DNA from: Candidatus Binatia bacterium
GTDB taxonomy: Bacteria > Desulfobacterota > Binatia > Bin18
Assembly (NCBI GenBank): GCA_963666315.2
Contig: CAXXHG010000008.1
Coordinates: forward strand, 96,001-160,000
Direction of reading: 5' to 3'
DNA: 64,000 nucleotides
Shown here: piece after piece, positions 1 to 9,865 of the stretch
Numbering within the stretch: position 1 is the first letter of the stretch
How the letters are laid out: each line of letters starts with the position of its first letter
Position numbers and translations under genes: made by a program
The notes under the pieces: generated by a model
Told to the model about the DNA's origin: nothing
Database searches by the model: none
Seen by the model: only the letters and a program-made list of their open reading frames with translations

Positions 1-33
1 CCAACCATGCAAATTGAAAGATACAATTGCAAT

Positions 34-195
34 ATGGATGGTTTAATACCGAGACAAGTGAGCGCCCAGATCACCGAAAGCCTCATGGACTTCCCGGCTG
101 TAGCCCTTCTCGGGCCACGTCAATATGGCAAGACCACTCTGTCCTGTGAGGCGGTTACAAACTGCTTCACGAACTCTCAGCGTTTCTCGAACTGA
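34..195 (+). pseudogene. N-terminal fragment of an AAA+ ATPase (DUF4143-associated type)
   Basis: MDGLIPRQV...PAVALLGPRQYGKTTL Walker A motif, then similarity is lost and the frame stops early. Confidence 0.7.
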
Positions 196-406
196 CCCGC
201 ACTGAAAAGTAGATCCTTGGCCTTCTGATCCATCTGCTGTGGAGTGCGGCTTTCTTCTTGTTGCACCATAGCCTAACCAAGATGGGCGTGCCTGTCGATC
301 TGATGCCTTTCTTCGGCCCTGCCTTGTCAGAACCTGTCTATATGTGAGAATACAGACGCTACAGTGTTGAGGCACACAACGTGCCTCAAAAGAAAAGGAT
401 AGACTC

Positions 407-1522
407 ATGACCCAACCACTGCGCTTTGGGACCTATGTTGAATTCCAGTGTCCTCCGGGCAAAGACCACGCCGAACTCATCGAAGAGGTCCTCCAGCTAG
501 GCCAGCATGCCGATCAAAATGGATTCTCGGTTTTTACGACGCTCGAACACCCATTCTTTGAGCAGTTCGCCATTAACCCGAATCCGTTAGCTTTGTTCTG
601 CACCCTGGCAGAGCGGACCAAGCAGATTCGCTTCCGCACCCTGTGTCATACCCTGTCGCTGCATAATCCGATGATTCTTGCGGGTGAGATTGCCGAAGTC
701 GATATTTTGACCAAAGGTCGCATTGAGTGCGGTGTGGGGCGTGGGCATGCCTGGCTCAACGAGCCGGCCAATATTGTTATGGAAGAGAATCAAGAACGCT
801 ATGTGGAGGCGCTTGAGATTCTGATCAAAGCCTGGACTGAAGAACGTTTCTCGTATGACGGGAAATACTACCAAGTCAAAGACCTGTCTGTTGTCCCTAA
901 GCCCTTCCAGAAGCCCCATCCCAAGATCTTCCAGGTTGGGACAAGTGCCAAATGGTTCAAAATGGCTGCCCAAAGAGAGTGGGGCGTGTGCATAGGTGGG
1001 CCGGCGCCAACGTCCGTTTTCCGTGAACCTGCCAAGCTCTACCACCAGGCGTGCAGAGAAGCGGGGAAGTCGCCGTATCTCGGCTGGGTGAAGGCCATCT
1101 ATATTGACGAAGATGAGCAGACGGCTTTACGTGAGGCAGAACAGCCGGTACGGAATTTCGTGGACTTCAATGTATCGCCTATGGACTCCCTGGCCCGCGA
1201 TACACCCGTAGAAAAACAACGCCTGATTGATGCCGGCTATGGCTTTTATGCGGCAGACACTTTTCCCAGTCTGCGTAATTTGTCATATCCGGAACTGATT
1301 GACGCAGGCATTGTCTTTGTGGGCTCACCCCAGACGGTCGGGAAACAGTTGCTTGATCTGTGGAAAGAATTTCGGTTCGATGAAATGATTGTGATTAGCC
1401 ACTACGGTGGTATTGCTAAAGACAAGGCGCTCAAAACGCAGGATCTGTTTGCCAAAAAAGTAATGCCCATGATTCTGGCTGCAGTCCGGAAGGAAAGCGG
1501 CTCGCTTTCGGCCGCTGTGTAG
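407..1522 (+). CDS. LLM-class flavin-dependent oxidoreductase
   Basis: LRFG start, TLEHPF, GRIECGVGRG, PKPFQKPHP and VFVGSPQTV luciferase-like motifs; RBS AAGGA. Confidence 0.9.
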   Translation: MTQPLRFGTYVEFQCPPGKDHAELIEEVLQLGQHADQNGFSVFTTLEHPFFEQFAINPNPLALFCTLAERTKQIRFRTLCHTLSLHNPMILAGEIAEVDILTKGRIECGVGRGHAWLNEPANIVMEENQERYVEALEILIKAWTEERFSYDGKYYQVKDLSVVPKPFQKPHPKIFQVGTSAKWFKMAAQREWGVCIGGPAPTSVFREPAKLYHQACREAGKSPYLGWVKAIYIDEDEQTALREAEQPVRNFVDFNVSPMDSLARDTPVEKQRLIDAGYGFYAADTFPSLRNLSYPELIDAGIVFVGSPQTVGKQLLDLWKEFRFDEMIVISHYGGIAKDKALKTQDLFAKKVMPMILAAVRKESGSLSAAV

Positions 1523-1548
1523 ATTGCTGAAACCGAACCGGAGGGAAT

Positions 1549-2775
1549 ATGGCAACCGCTATTTTTGATGTCAATAAGCGTTGGTCGGAAGAATACCCTG
1601 AGTTGGGCACCGATCCGGTACCCACAGAACCATGTATTTCTGCCGAATATTTTGAGCTGGAACGCGAACGCGTCTTCCGCAAAGTCTGGCTGTATGTCGG
1701 TCGTCAGGAAGAAATTCCTAATCCGGGCGACTATATGGTCCGTGATCTGAAAGCCTGCCGCACCTCCGTTATTTTTGTGCGCGGTCAAGACGGGGAAATC
1801 CGTGGCTTCCATAATATTTGCTCACACCGTGGCAATAAGCTCGCCTGGGACGAGGCTGGCAGCTGCCAGAACTTTTCGTGCAAATTCCACGGCTGGGTGT
1901 ATGATACCGCCGGACAATTAGTCGGCGTACCCGACGAAGAATTTTTCCACAATTTTGACAAAGCCGATAACGGACTCGTTCCTGTCGCAACCGAGCTGTG
2001 GCAAGGCTTCCTGTTCGCCAATGTCGATCCTCGGCGGTCTCAGTCGCTGGATGACTATCTGGGTGCATGGGGGAAGCGCATGAGTGGCTTTCCGTACGGA
2101 GAGCTGACCGCGCGGTATGCTTATAAGACTGAGCTCAAGTGCAACTGGAAAGTCGCCTTAGACGCGTTTTCTGAAGGCTACCACGTGAATGTGATCCATG
2201 GTCAATCCTATCCGGACACGTTTACGGGGAAAAACAACCCCATGTGTCATCTGCCCGAAGTCCGCTTCTACGGACCGCATCGCTCGTGCATAGTGTATGG
2301 CAATCCAAATCACAAACCCAGCCCGGCGGCAGCTATTGCCTATCGATTTGGTGAATCCGTTACCAAACGTTCCGGCTCTCAAGATCAGCTTCCTGCCGAG
2401 GTGAATCCTACCCGCAGCGCTGAATTTGGTTTTGACTTGGATGTGATCTTTCCTAATCTGTTGCTGCATATCCTGCCCGGCATGTGGTTCACGCATCAGT
2501 TCTGGCCGTTGGCTGTAGATCGGACCCTCTGGGAAGGACGGGCCTACTGGCCACCGGCCAAAACCCCGGGCGAGCGTTTTGCCCAGGAGTTTAATAACAC
2601 GGTGCTGCGCAATGCCTGGCTGGAAGACACGGCTACGATGGAAGCCACCCAGGAGGCATTGTCCTCGGGGGTCAAAACACACTTCTACCTCCAAGATCAA
2701 GAGATCTTAATTCGCCACAGTTATAAAGTGCTCGAAGACTACGTCGGCTTCTACACGCAAAACGGAAACGCCTAG
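1549..2775 (+). CDS. Rieske non-heme iron oxygenase, alpha subunit
   Basis: Rieske CSHRG...CKFHGW; mononuclear Fe motif NWK..DAFSEGYHVNVIH; C-terminal ED. Confidence 0.92.
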   Translation: MATAIFDVNKRWSEEYPELGTDPVPTEPCISAEYFELERERVFRKVWLYVGRQEEIPNPGDYMVRDLKACRTSVIFVRGQDGEIRGFHNICSHRGNKLAWDEAGSCQNFSCKFHGWVYDTAGQLVGVPDEEFFHNFDKADNGLVPVATELWQGFLFANVDPRRSQSLDDYLGAWGKRMSGFPYGELTARYAYKTELKCNWKVALDAFSEGYHVNVIHGQSYPDTFTGKNNPMCHLPEVRFYGPHRSCIVYGNPNHKPSPAAAIAYRFGESVTKRSGSQDQLPAEVNPTRSAEFGFDLDVIFPNLLLHILPGMWFTHQFWPLAVDRTLWEGRAYWPPAKTPGERFAQEFNNTVLRNAWLEDTATMEATQEALSSGVKTHFYLQDQEILIRHSYKVLEDYVGFYTQNGNA

Positions 2776-2785
2776 GGAAGAGTCT

Positions 2786-3130
2786 ATGGGCACAACACGT
2801 TTACCACAGCCTTTTGCTGACCTGGAAGTTTTTGTTGCGGATTGGTCACTCGCCACGCAGCGCGAACGCGAGCAAAAACGTGCGGCGAGCACAGCCGAGG
2901 AACTCAAACTGGTGTACCGGATCCTGCTGCCTCGGTTAGACCCAATGCTGGAGTATCTCAACCAATACTCTCTGGATAAGCTGCCCGCAGATGCCCAACG
3001 TCTCTTCTATCTGACGTTGTCTTTTGCCGAGATCGCACCCTTCGTTGAATGTTATAAGGGTGAGCCGAGAGTCCTGAATAGTTTTGAAGAGACGCGCTTT
3101 ATTGCCGTCCATGCCGACCGGCTAGCGTAA
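2786..3130 (+). CDS. Conserved hypothetical protein of a type seen beside Rieske oxygenases
   Basis: 114-aa ORF with RBS, 10 bp after the Rieske gene; LP..FADLE.F...W.LAT..ER...R pattern recalled from similar clusters. Confidence 0.7.
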   Translation: MGTTRLPQPFADLEVFVADWSLATQREREQKRAASTAEELKLVYRILLPRLDPMLEYLNQYSLDKLPADAQRLFYLTLSFAEIAPFVECYKGEPRVLNSFEETRFIAVHADRLA

Positions 3131-3144
3131 AGACGGAGAGTACC

Positions 3145-3645
3145 ATGGCTGCTGTTGACGTCCAACAACTTGCGGCGCGCGTGCAGCGCTTAGAAGACAT
3201 TGAGGCCATCAAACTCCTGGTCGTGCGCTATGCCCAAGGGGCAGACCGAGGCAATGATACCGACATCATGATCCCGTTGTTCGCGGATGATGGGGTGTGG
3301 GATGGTGGGGAACGCTTTGGTGTCTACACAGGAAAAGAAGCGATTCGTCAGTTTCTCTCTGAGTCCGGCTCGTTTATCGGCTGGACGCTGCATTATATGG
3401 TCTCGCCCGCGGTAGAAGTTGATCCTCACGGAAAAACGGCCACAGCCTTTTGGTATTTGTGGGAGACGGCCACTATGCCGAACGCGGAAACTGGAGAAGA
3501 TGACGCCTTTTGGATCGGGGGCACCTATGAGAGCGAACTGACCAAACAGCCTGATGGTTCGTGGAAGTTCGCCCGGGTTGCACTGACGCTCAAGCTGCTG
3601 AGTCCCTACAAAGAAGGCTGGGCAAAAAAGCAGATGCCCGACTAA
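3145..3645 (+). CDS. SnoaL/NTF2-like protein (LinA/BaiE-like dehydratase family)
   Basis: RLEDIEAIKLL..RYA..AD, F..DGVWD, G.EAI, TLH, GTYE, GSWKF. Confidence 0.85.
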   Translation: MAAVDVQQLAARVQRLEDIEAIKLLVVRYAQGADRGNDTDIMIPLFADDGVWDGGERFGVYTGKEAIRQFLSESGSFIGWTLHYMVSPAVEVDPHGKTATAFWYLWETATMPNAETGEDDAFWIGGTYESELTKQPDGSWKFARVALTLKLLSPYKEGWAKKQMPD

Positions 3646-3676
3646 TGGACCTCAAATGGAGGGGGAATCAAAAACC

Positions 3677-4801
3677 ATGAGTATCGAAACTGCGGCATAT
3701 ATATCGATTGACCGTTCCAAAACGCTCCAAGAAGAACCGGCGAGTGGCCATAATCGTTGGCATCCTGACATTACCCCCGTCGCCGAGGTCGAACCCGGCC
3801 CAGTCATAGGGTTGGAAACGCGGGATGCATTCGACGGATTTATTCACCCCACAACAACGGCCGAGGATTTACGAAATGCCAATCTTGGGGTTGTCCATCC
3901 CCTCACCGGTCCGGTCTACGTCAAGGGTGCGGAGCCAGGTGATTTGCTGGAGGTCACGATTGTTGAAGTTGAGCCCCAGCCGTTTGGTTTCACTGCGCAA
4001 CTGCCTGGATTCGGTTTTTTGCGCGACGTATTTACCGAACCGTATATCGTCCGCTGGACTATCGAAAACGGCGGTGCGACGTCGGACGATTTGCCTGGAG
4101 TGCGTATTCCCGGTGCACCGTTCATGGGGGTGATCGGCCTGGCCCCCTCGCATGAGCTGCTGGAGCAGATTAATAAACGCGAGGCGGATTTAGCCGGGCG
4201 CGGCGGCGTCGTCTTACTGCCCGAGGCGAAATATGCAATTCCGACGGATGCGGGCATTGCCTCCAACGCCATGCGAACCATCGCTCCGCATGAGACCGGC
4301 GGAAATGTTGATATCAAGCAACTGACCAAAGGCACGACCATACGCTTCCCCGTGTTTACGCCGGGCGGGTTGTTCTCCGTCGGTGATGCACACTTTGCTC
4401 AAGGCGATGGTGAGAGCTGCGGCACTGCGGTTGAGATGGCGGCCACGTGTTATTGTTCGTTCAAGGTTCTCAAAGGAATGGCGGCAAAACACAATATTCA
4501 GGATATTCAGTTCTATCGCGAAGATTATTTTACTGCGCCAGAGATGGCGGTTCCCAAGCGTTTTTTTGCAACAACGGGGCAGTCCTACACCCGTGAAGGC
4601 GTTGCGCATTCAGAAGATGCTACGCTCGCCGCACGGAACGCTTTGCTGAATATGATCGACCATTTGGTTGACGAGCGCCGCTATACTCGCCAACAGGCAT
4701 ATGCCATCTGCAGCGTAGCCGTGGATCTCAAGGTCAGTGAACTCGTCGATGTTCCCAACTTCCTGGTCTCTGCATTTTTACCGCTCGATATTTTTGTGTG
4801 A
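3677..4801 (+). CDS. fmdA: Acetamidase/formamidase family amidase
   Basis: GHNRWHPDI, HPLTGPVYVKGAEPGDLLEV, GGNVDIK, GDAHFAQGDGESCGTAVE, AYAICSVAVDL; alternative start 3656. Confidence 0.88.
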   Translation: MSIETAAYISIDRSKTLQEEPASGHNRWHPDITPVAEVEPGPVIGLETRDAFDGFIHPTTTAEDLRNANLGVVHPLTGPVYVKGAEPGDLLEVTIVEVEPQPFGFTAQLPGFGFLRDVFTEPYIVRWTIENGGATSDDLPGVRIPGAPFMGVIGLAPSHELLEQINKREADLAGRGGVVLLPEAKYAIPTDAGIASNAMRTIAPHETGGNVDIKQLTKGTTIRFPVFTPGGLFSVGDAHFAQGDGESCGTAVEMAATCYCSFKVLKGMAAKHNIQDIQFYREDYFTAPEMAVPKRFFATTGQSYTREGVAHSEDATLAARNALLNMIDHLVDERRYTRQQAYAICSVAVDLKVSELVDVPNFLVSAFLPLDIFV

Positions 4802-4816
4802 GCAGGCCAGTCTCCT

Positions 4817-5479
4817 GTGAAAAAAATTCGTCACGACTTCATGAAAACGGCTCGTGACCGAGCCAAGGCGGCCATCGAAGCCGGACAAACGAGAGAGACG
4901 CTGAAGGCGGTCGACGAAATTTGGGAAGAGGGTCGTCCGATCCACGATCTGTACGGCGACATGTCTGCCGTATTTCTCGACTACATCAAAGAAAAACTCG
5001 GCGAAGAGGCGGTTGAGGAAGCCTGGCGTTACGTAGGCGAAAAACTGTGGCGCCCTGTGCTGGAAGCCCATCGAGATAAAGATCCGGCCCTGCTGGCTGA
5101 AACGTATGCCATGTTCCTACGCTCTCACGGCTATGATTTCACATGCGAAGAAGACGATGAGAAGTTTCAGTTCTTGCTGCACTACTGCCCGAGCGGAGGC
5201 CGTATGCTGCAAGAGGGCATGGGTGAAATGTCAACGCGCCATCCGACTCAGCTGGGTGTGACCAAGAAGCCGCAACAATGGAGTTTCGATAAAAAAGACG
5301 TGCTGTACTACTGCGCGCATACCAAGCTGTGGTGTGACACCCAGCCTCGCGAATGGGGCATGGATCTGTTTCAAGCAGAGTATGGCGAGTTCAACGAGAA
5401 GGGCGAAGTGGTGGGGCGTCCGTGTGCCGTGACGATTTATAAAAAGTTGCAGAGTACTGATTCATCCAGTAATGCGTGA
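4817..5479 (+). CDS. Uncharacterised Cys/His protein, possibly V4R-like metal-binding fold
   Basis: 220-aa ORF 15 bp after the formamidase; motifs IHDLY, EEDDEK, YCPSGGR, YYCAH, PC..TIYK. Confidence 0.7.
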   Translation: MKKIRHDFMKTARDRAKAAIEAGQTRETLKAVDEIWEEGRPIHDLYGDMSAVFLDYIKEKLGEEAVEEAWRYVGEKLWRPVLEAHRDKDPALLAETYAMFLRSHGYDFTCEEDDEKFQFLLHYCPSGGRMLQEGMGEMSTRHPTQLGVTKKPQQWSFDKKDVLYYCAHTKLWCDTQPREWGMDLFQAEYGEFNEKGEVVGRPCAVTIYKKLQSTDSSSNA

Positions 5480-5557
5480 AAAAGGAACGATTCTGAAAAA
5501 GGTCTTTGTTCAGATATTCGGCCCGGGTATCCTCAGCAATAGAGAGACGTAAAGACT

Positions 5558-6238
5558 ATGGCAAAAGGCGACCATGTCACTGTCCGACGTGGCTGGTATA
5601 CGCACCACGCCATCGATCTAGGAGACGGCTATGTCGTCCAATACGGGCGAGGCCTATCGGATGGGGTGACGGCGTCCGTCCACGTCACGTCTGGCGCAAG
5701 ATTCTCCAAAGGCCGCTTGACTGAGGTCCACTCTTCCCCCACTTCCTTTGATGCCGATGAGATCGCCCTCCGGGCGTTGAATTGTGTCGGTGAACAGGAA
5801 TATCACATTCTGTGGAATAACTGCGAGCATTTCGTCAATTGGTGTCGGACGGGCAAACGCGAAAGTTCGCAGGTTGATTGGTTTATCGAAAACGCTTCTG
5901 ACGTTGTCTCAAAAATTGTGGTGAGCGTGGTCACCACCGGTGCGGCCAAACTTGCAGTAAAAGCCTCAGCGAAGCTTTCAAGCAAAGCTGCCAGCAGAGC
6001 GGCAACCACGCCCTGGCTGATTGCGGCTGATGCTGCGCAGTTTATTGCTGAATCCACTGCCTCAGCTCTGGGCCGAGATAAGAACGAAGCGAAACGCACA
6101 GGCCAAGCTGTTGGCGTTGGTGCGTCCGCTGGAATTGGGGCTCTCACCGCTGGTCCTGTCGGAGCTGCTATTGCGGTCGGCATGTGGGCAATGGGTGAAG
6201 TGGTTGGAAAAGTTCTCTCTTCCCGAGAGCGTGAATAG
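5558..6238 (+). CDS. LRAT-like (permuted NlpC/P60) acyltransferase/hydrolase with C-terminal glycine-zipper helices
   Basis: YTHHAIDLGDG and NNCEHFVNWCRTG catalytic motifs; GQAVGVGASAGIGALTAGPVGAAIAVG tail. Confidence 0.85.
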   Translation: MAKGDHVTVRRGWYTHHAIDLGDGYVVQYGRGLSDGVTASVHVTSGARFSKGRLTEVHSSPTSFDADEIALRALNCVGEQEYHILWNNCEHFVNWCRTGKRESSQVDWFIENASDVVSKIVVSVVTTGAAKLAVKASAKLSSKAASRAATTPWLIAADAAQFIAESTASALGRDKNEAKRTGQAVGVGASAGIGALTAGPVGAAIAVGMWAMGEVVGKVLSSRERE

Positions 6239-6391
6239 TCTCACTTCTCAATACACCAAGTTTCCTCCCGAGAGTCCTATAAATATCTCGCGCTCCCGTG
6301 ATGCCTTATATTGGCGGTTGCATGAGTCCGGAGCGCGGGGGATGCCGATCTGTTCATAAAAGACGTATGGGGGTTGAGGCGGGGAGGCAGA

Positions 6392-6793
6392 GTGCTAAAG
6401 AAGAAAAAAATTCATACCATAGACAGTTTTATTATTAAAAAATCTCCGGGTCGTGGAAAAGGCGTGTTTGCCAAAACCATCATCAAGAAAGGTGAAACCA
6501 TAGGCTACTATGTTGGCGATATTCTCCGTGACTGGCATGCGAACCGAGAACCCTATGTGTCGTCGCTCTACTTGATGAGGGTCTGCAAAGACCATTGGAT
6601 TAATGCCGTTGGCTCCAAGGCGAACTACACGCGTTATATTAATCACAGCTTCAAGGCGAACGCGGAGTTGATTATCTCAACTCGTTGGAAGACGGCTCGC
6701 ATTGAAAGCCTGCGGACGATCAAACCAGGCCAAGAAATTTTCTATAGCTACGGCGACGAATATTGGGAGGCTCTGGAGACCGATCCTGTGTGA
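6392..6793 (+). CDS. SET-domain protein-lysine methyltransferase
   Basis: GRGKGVFA, YVGD, RYINHS..NA, GQEIFYSYG..YW; start uncertain (6374 or 6392). Confidence 0.88.
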   Translation: MLKKKKIHTIDSFIIKKSPGRGKGVFAKTIIKKGETIGYYVGDILRDWHANREPYVSSLYLMRVCKDHWINAVGSKANYTRYINHSFKANAELIISTRWKTARIESLRTIKPGQEIFYSYGDEYWEALETDPV

Positions 6794-6806
6794 GTACGGA
6801 AGTGAG

Positions 6807-7740
6807 ATGCAAGTCCATCTAGTTGAAGGCACCTACGAACTCTTCCGGGCTTACTTTGGCGCACCCAAAGCCAACGCGCCGGACGGACGTGAAGTCGGTG
6901 CCATACGTGGGCTAGCGCGGTCGTTTCTCGGCTTGATCAGGAATGAGGGTGCCACGCATATTGCCGTTGCTTTTGATCATGTCATCGAATCATTCCGCAA
7001 TGATCTGTTCGCCGGATACAAAACCGGAGCAGGTATCGATCCGGACTTGTGGTCTCAGTTTGAACTTGCGGAACAGATGACGCGTGCACTGGGGATGGTC
7101 GTCTGGCCCATGGTCGAGTTTGAGGCAGACGATGCCTTAGCGACTGCGGCGGTGCGTTTCGCTCAAGACTCGCGCGTCACGCAGGTTTGCATTTGCAGCC
7201 CGGATAAAGACCTGACCCAGTGTGTATTAGGCCGGCACATCGTGTGTGTGGACCGCCGCCGTAAAAAAACGATTGACGCAGCAGGCGTGCAAGAGAAATT
7301 CGGAGTTGCTCCGCAGTCTATCCCTGACTGGCTGGCTTTGGTCGGTGATTCAGCCGACGGCATTCCCGGCATTCCGCGTTGGGGCGCACGCTCAGCCTCA
7401 GCCATGCTGGCCGAATACGGCCACATTGACCACATTCCTGAAGATTCAGCCCAGTGGTCTATCCGGCTGCGTGGCGCGCAGGCGCTTGCGGATAGCCTGA
7501 ACACGCATCAGCGCGAGGCGGCCCTGTATCGTCAGCTTGCCACGCTGCGGGACTGACGTACCCTTGCAAGAATCGCTGGAAAACCTCGAATGGCAGGGCG
7601 TTTTCGGAAAAGAGCTTGAAGAAATGTGCCGGATTCTTGGAGATCCACGGCTTCTTGACCGCGTCCCTCGTCGGCCAGAGACTGCAGCGAGGGAAGGCGG
7701 AGAGGAGGAAAAAGTGCGCTCACTCCAGTGGGATATTTAG
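6807..7740 (+). CDS. 5'-3' exonuclease/flap endonuclease (H3TH), +1 frameshift near 7549
   Basis: GTYELFR, AFDH..SFRN, EADDALA, SPDKDL, LVGDSADGIPG; C-terminus LATLR/TDVPLQESL continues in the next frame across a GGG run. Confidence 0.88.
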
Positions 7741-8310
7741 GTGCGACCCCACGCACGGGCCTTGTGCATGATTTCGGCCACGAGCCGATCTTTCCCCCGG
7801 GTATAGGCTTCTCGATCTTGCTGGTGTACGGCCGCGAGGACTTCTTTCAGCCGGGAATAGGCTGCGCGCTCATCACTGTGCGCGCGCAGGTAATCCCGAA
7901 ACACCAACCGTTCCCAAAGAATGCTGCCCGCCTCGCATATGTGGACATGATGTGTCCGTCTAGTGCCAAAGGGCGGCATGCCCTTCACTAAGAATTCTCG
8001 GTCCGTATCCGGATTATCACCCCAGTGAACATAATCGAGCGGCTCGAGAGCCGCGATAATCTGAGCCCAAAAAACAGCGCTGTGCGCCGAGCATGATATC
8101 GATGATCGGTTTCGCTGCTAGGCCAGGGATAGCGGTGCTTCCGAAGTGCTCAATCAGAACTGCACAACTGAATAGTGATGGAGCAAGAGCATTGCGAATG
8201 CGACGGTCTTCGTCCACGAAGCACTCTACCCAGCGGGGATCGTGAGGTGCGACTTCGACGATATCCTCGCTGGCGTTACTCCACTTTCCGTTTTGGTCTT
8301 GGCTCAGCAT
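7737..8310 (-). CDS. GrpB family nucleotidyltransferase-like protein, frameshifted near 8070-8085
   Basis: IEHFGSTAIPGLAAKPIIDI; RTHHVH..FRDYLR..Y..LK..DREAYT.GK split over two frames. Confidence 0.85.
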
Positions 8311-8356
8311 GAACAGGTGGAATCTCCTAACAACTCAAAAGCAGCTCAAGAGCCGC

Positions 8357-8509
8357 TCAAAAGAGCGTGTAAATGAACGGCGCAACAGCCGAGCCCTGGG
8401 TCAAGACGATCAAACCGCCAAAGAGGAGTAACACGAGAATGATAGGCAACAGCCAGAATTTCTTCCGCTCCCGCATAAAATCCCAGAGCTCAATAAAAAA
8501 TTCTCCCAC
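8357..8509 (-). CDS. DUF5989/SxtK-like small membrane protein (50 aa; absent from the ORF track)
   Basis: Manual translation MGEFFIELWDFMRERKKFWLLPIILVLLLFGGLIVLTQGSAVAPFIYTLF; GTG start with GAGGGGAG RBS. Confidence 0.9.
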   Translation of the reverse strand: MGEFFIELWDFMRERKKFWLLPIILVLLLFGGLIVLTQGSAVAPFIYTLF

Positions 8510-8620
8510 GTGCGTCTCCCCTCATCCTTTTGTCTCTGTCAGGATTTCCCAGTGAGCCTAAGGATAGATCTAATCAGAATATTATGTACCCCTCCACATG
8601 ATAAATGTCCAGCGCGCTCT

Positions 8621-8663
8621 CAACCAGCCTCAAACAGGTTCAAGCAGGCTCAACCGGTTCAAC
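8621..8663. repeat. Four degenerate 10-bp direct repeats in a divergent promoter region
   Basis: CAACCAGCCT CAAACAGGTT CAAGCAGGCT CAACCGGTTC. Confidence 0.65.
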
Positions 8664-8725
8664 TTGGATCACCCAGGTCTCCCATATTGTCCATGTAAGC
8701 CGAGTCCTCTACTGTAGGCAGCCTC

Positions 8726-9865
8726 ATGCGTAAGGAGGTCCTCCTCACCGTCTGTAGCCTTGCCCTCGCGGTCTTCGGCACTGAACTCGTTCTGGGGCAC
8801 TGGTTCCCCCAGCTCACCGTGCAACAGGTCCTGAAAGATCGACCGGCGATGTACCGTTCAAGCGACGTGCTCTTCATGGAGCTGCTGCCTCATTTTCAGG
8901 GTGCTCTGCGCGAGTCAGAGTTTGAGACCACTATTCAAGTGAATTCGCTGGGATATAGACAACACGAATTCAAGCCGCACAAGGGGCAGGGGCTGCGTAT
9001 CCTGGTGGTCGGGGACTCGTTCACCTTTGGCTATGGGGTTGAAGAGCCTGACAGTTATCCGCGTGTCATTGAACGTCAGCTGGCTGAGGTCCGGACCGGA
9101 AATGAGCTGCCACCTGTCGAGGTCATCAACGCTGGCGTCCCGGCGTGGTGGACAGATGCGTATTATCTCTACCTCAAGGAATACGGTCTAGCGCTCGAGC
9201 CCGACCTGATCTTATTGGGGCTGTTTATGGGGAACGATATCGACGGTCCGGACGCGCGGAGCGCGCTATGGTCCCGGGTCGATGCAGCGGGTTTACCGCT
9301 CCAGATCGGCTCGACAAACACCCAGATCGAGAAAGGCCGCCGGGTGCGTGTCAAGCGACGTTCACGCTGGAAGATTCCCCTCTTGCGTGACTCACACGTC
9401 TTTCAGCTGTTGTATACGGCCCAACGCAATATGCGCCGCGCGCTGAAACCCACCATTAAGGCCCGGTCCCTTTACCAGGCGCTGTATTCACCCCAGACCA
9501 ATGCCATTGTGAAGACAGTCAGGAAGCTGATTGGCGCCATGGCGCGCTTGAGTCAAGAGCACAGAGCACGATTTGCCGTGGTGATGCTGCCTGAACGGGG
9601 GCAAGTCTCTGCTGCCTCCCAGGCTGCCCATGGTGAGTTAGATTTTGACAAGCCGCAGCGTCTCTTTGCCGAGTTCTTCACACAACAGAACATTGCGTAC
9701 GTGGATCTGCTACCCATCCTGCGCGCGGCGGCCGATCATACAGCGCTGTATTTTCAATACGATTCCCATTTTAGTGTTGCGGGCAACCGCCTTGCCGGGC
9801 GTGAAATCGCGAAATACATCGTCGCCTCAGGTCTTCTGTCTGCGCCGCCGTCCCAAGCACCGTAG
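8726..9865 (+). CDS. Membrane-anchored SGNH/GDSL hydrolase (AlgX/AlgJ-like)
   Basis: N-terminal TM helix, NSLGYR, VVGDSFTFGYGV, VINAGV, GND, DSHFSVAGN. Confidence 0.88.
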   Translation: MRKEVLLTVCSLALAVFGTELVLGHWFPQLTVQQVLKDRPAMYRSSDVLFMELLPHFQGALRESEFETTIQVNSLGYRQHEFKPHKGQGLRILVVGDSFTFGYGVEEPDSYPRVIERQLAEVRTGNELPPVEVINAGVPAWWTDAYYLYLKEYGLALEPDLILLGLFMGNDIDGPDARSALWSRVDAAGLPLQIGSTNTQIEKGRRVRVKRRSRWKIPLLRDSHVFQLLYTAQRNMRRALKPTIKARSLYQALYSPQTNAIVKTVRKLIGAMARLSQEHRARFAVVMLPERGQVSAASQAAHGELDFDKPQRLFAEFFTQQNIAYVDLLPILRAAADHTALYFQYDSHFSVAGNRLAGREIAKYIVASGLLSAPPSQAP

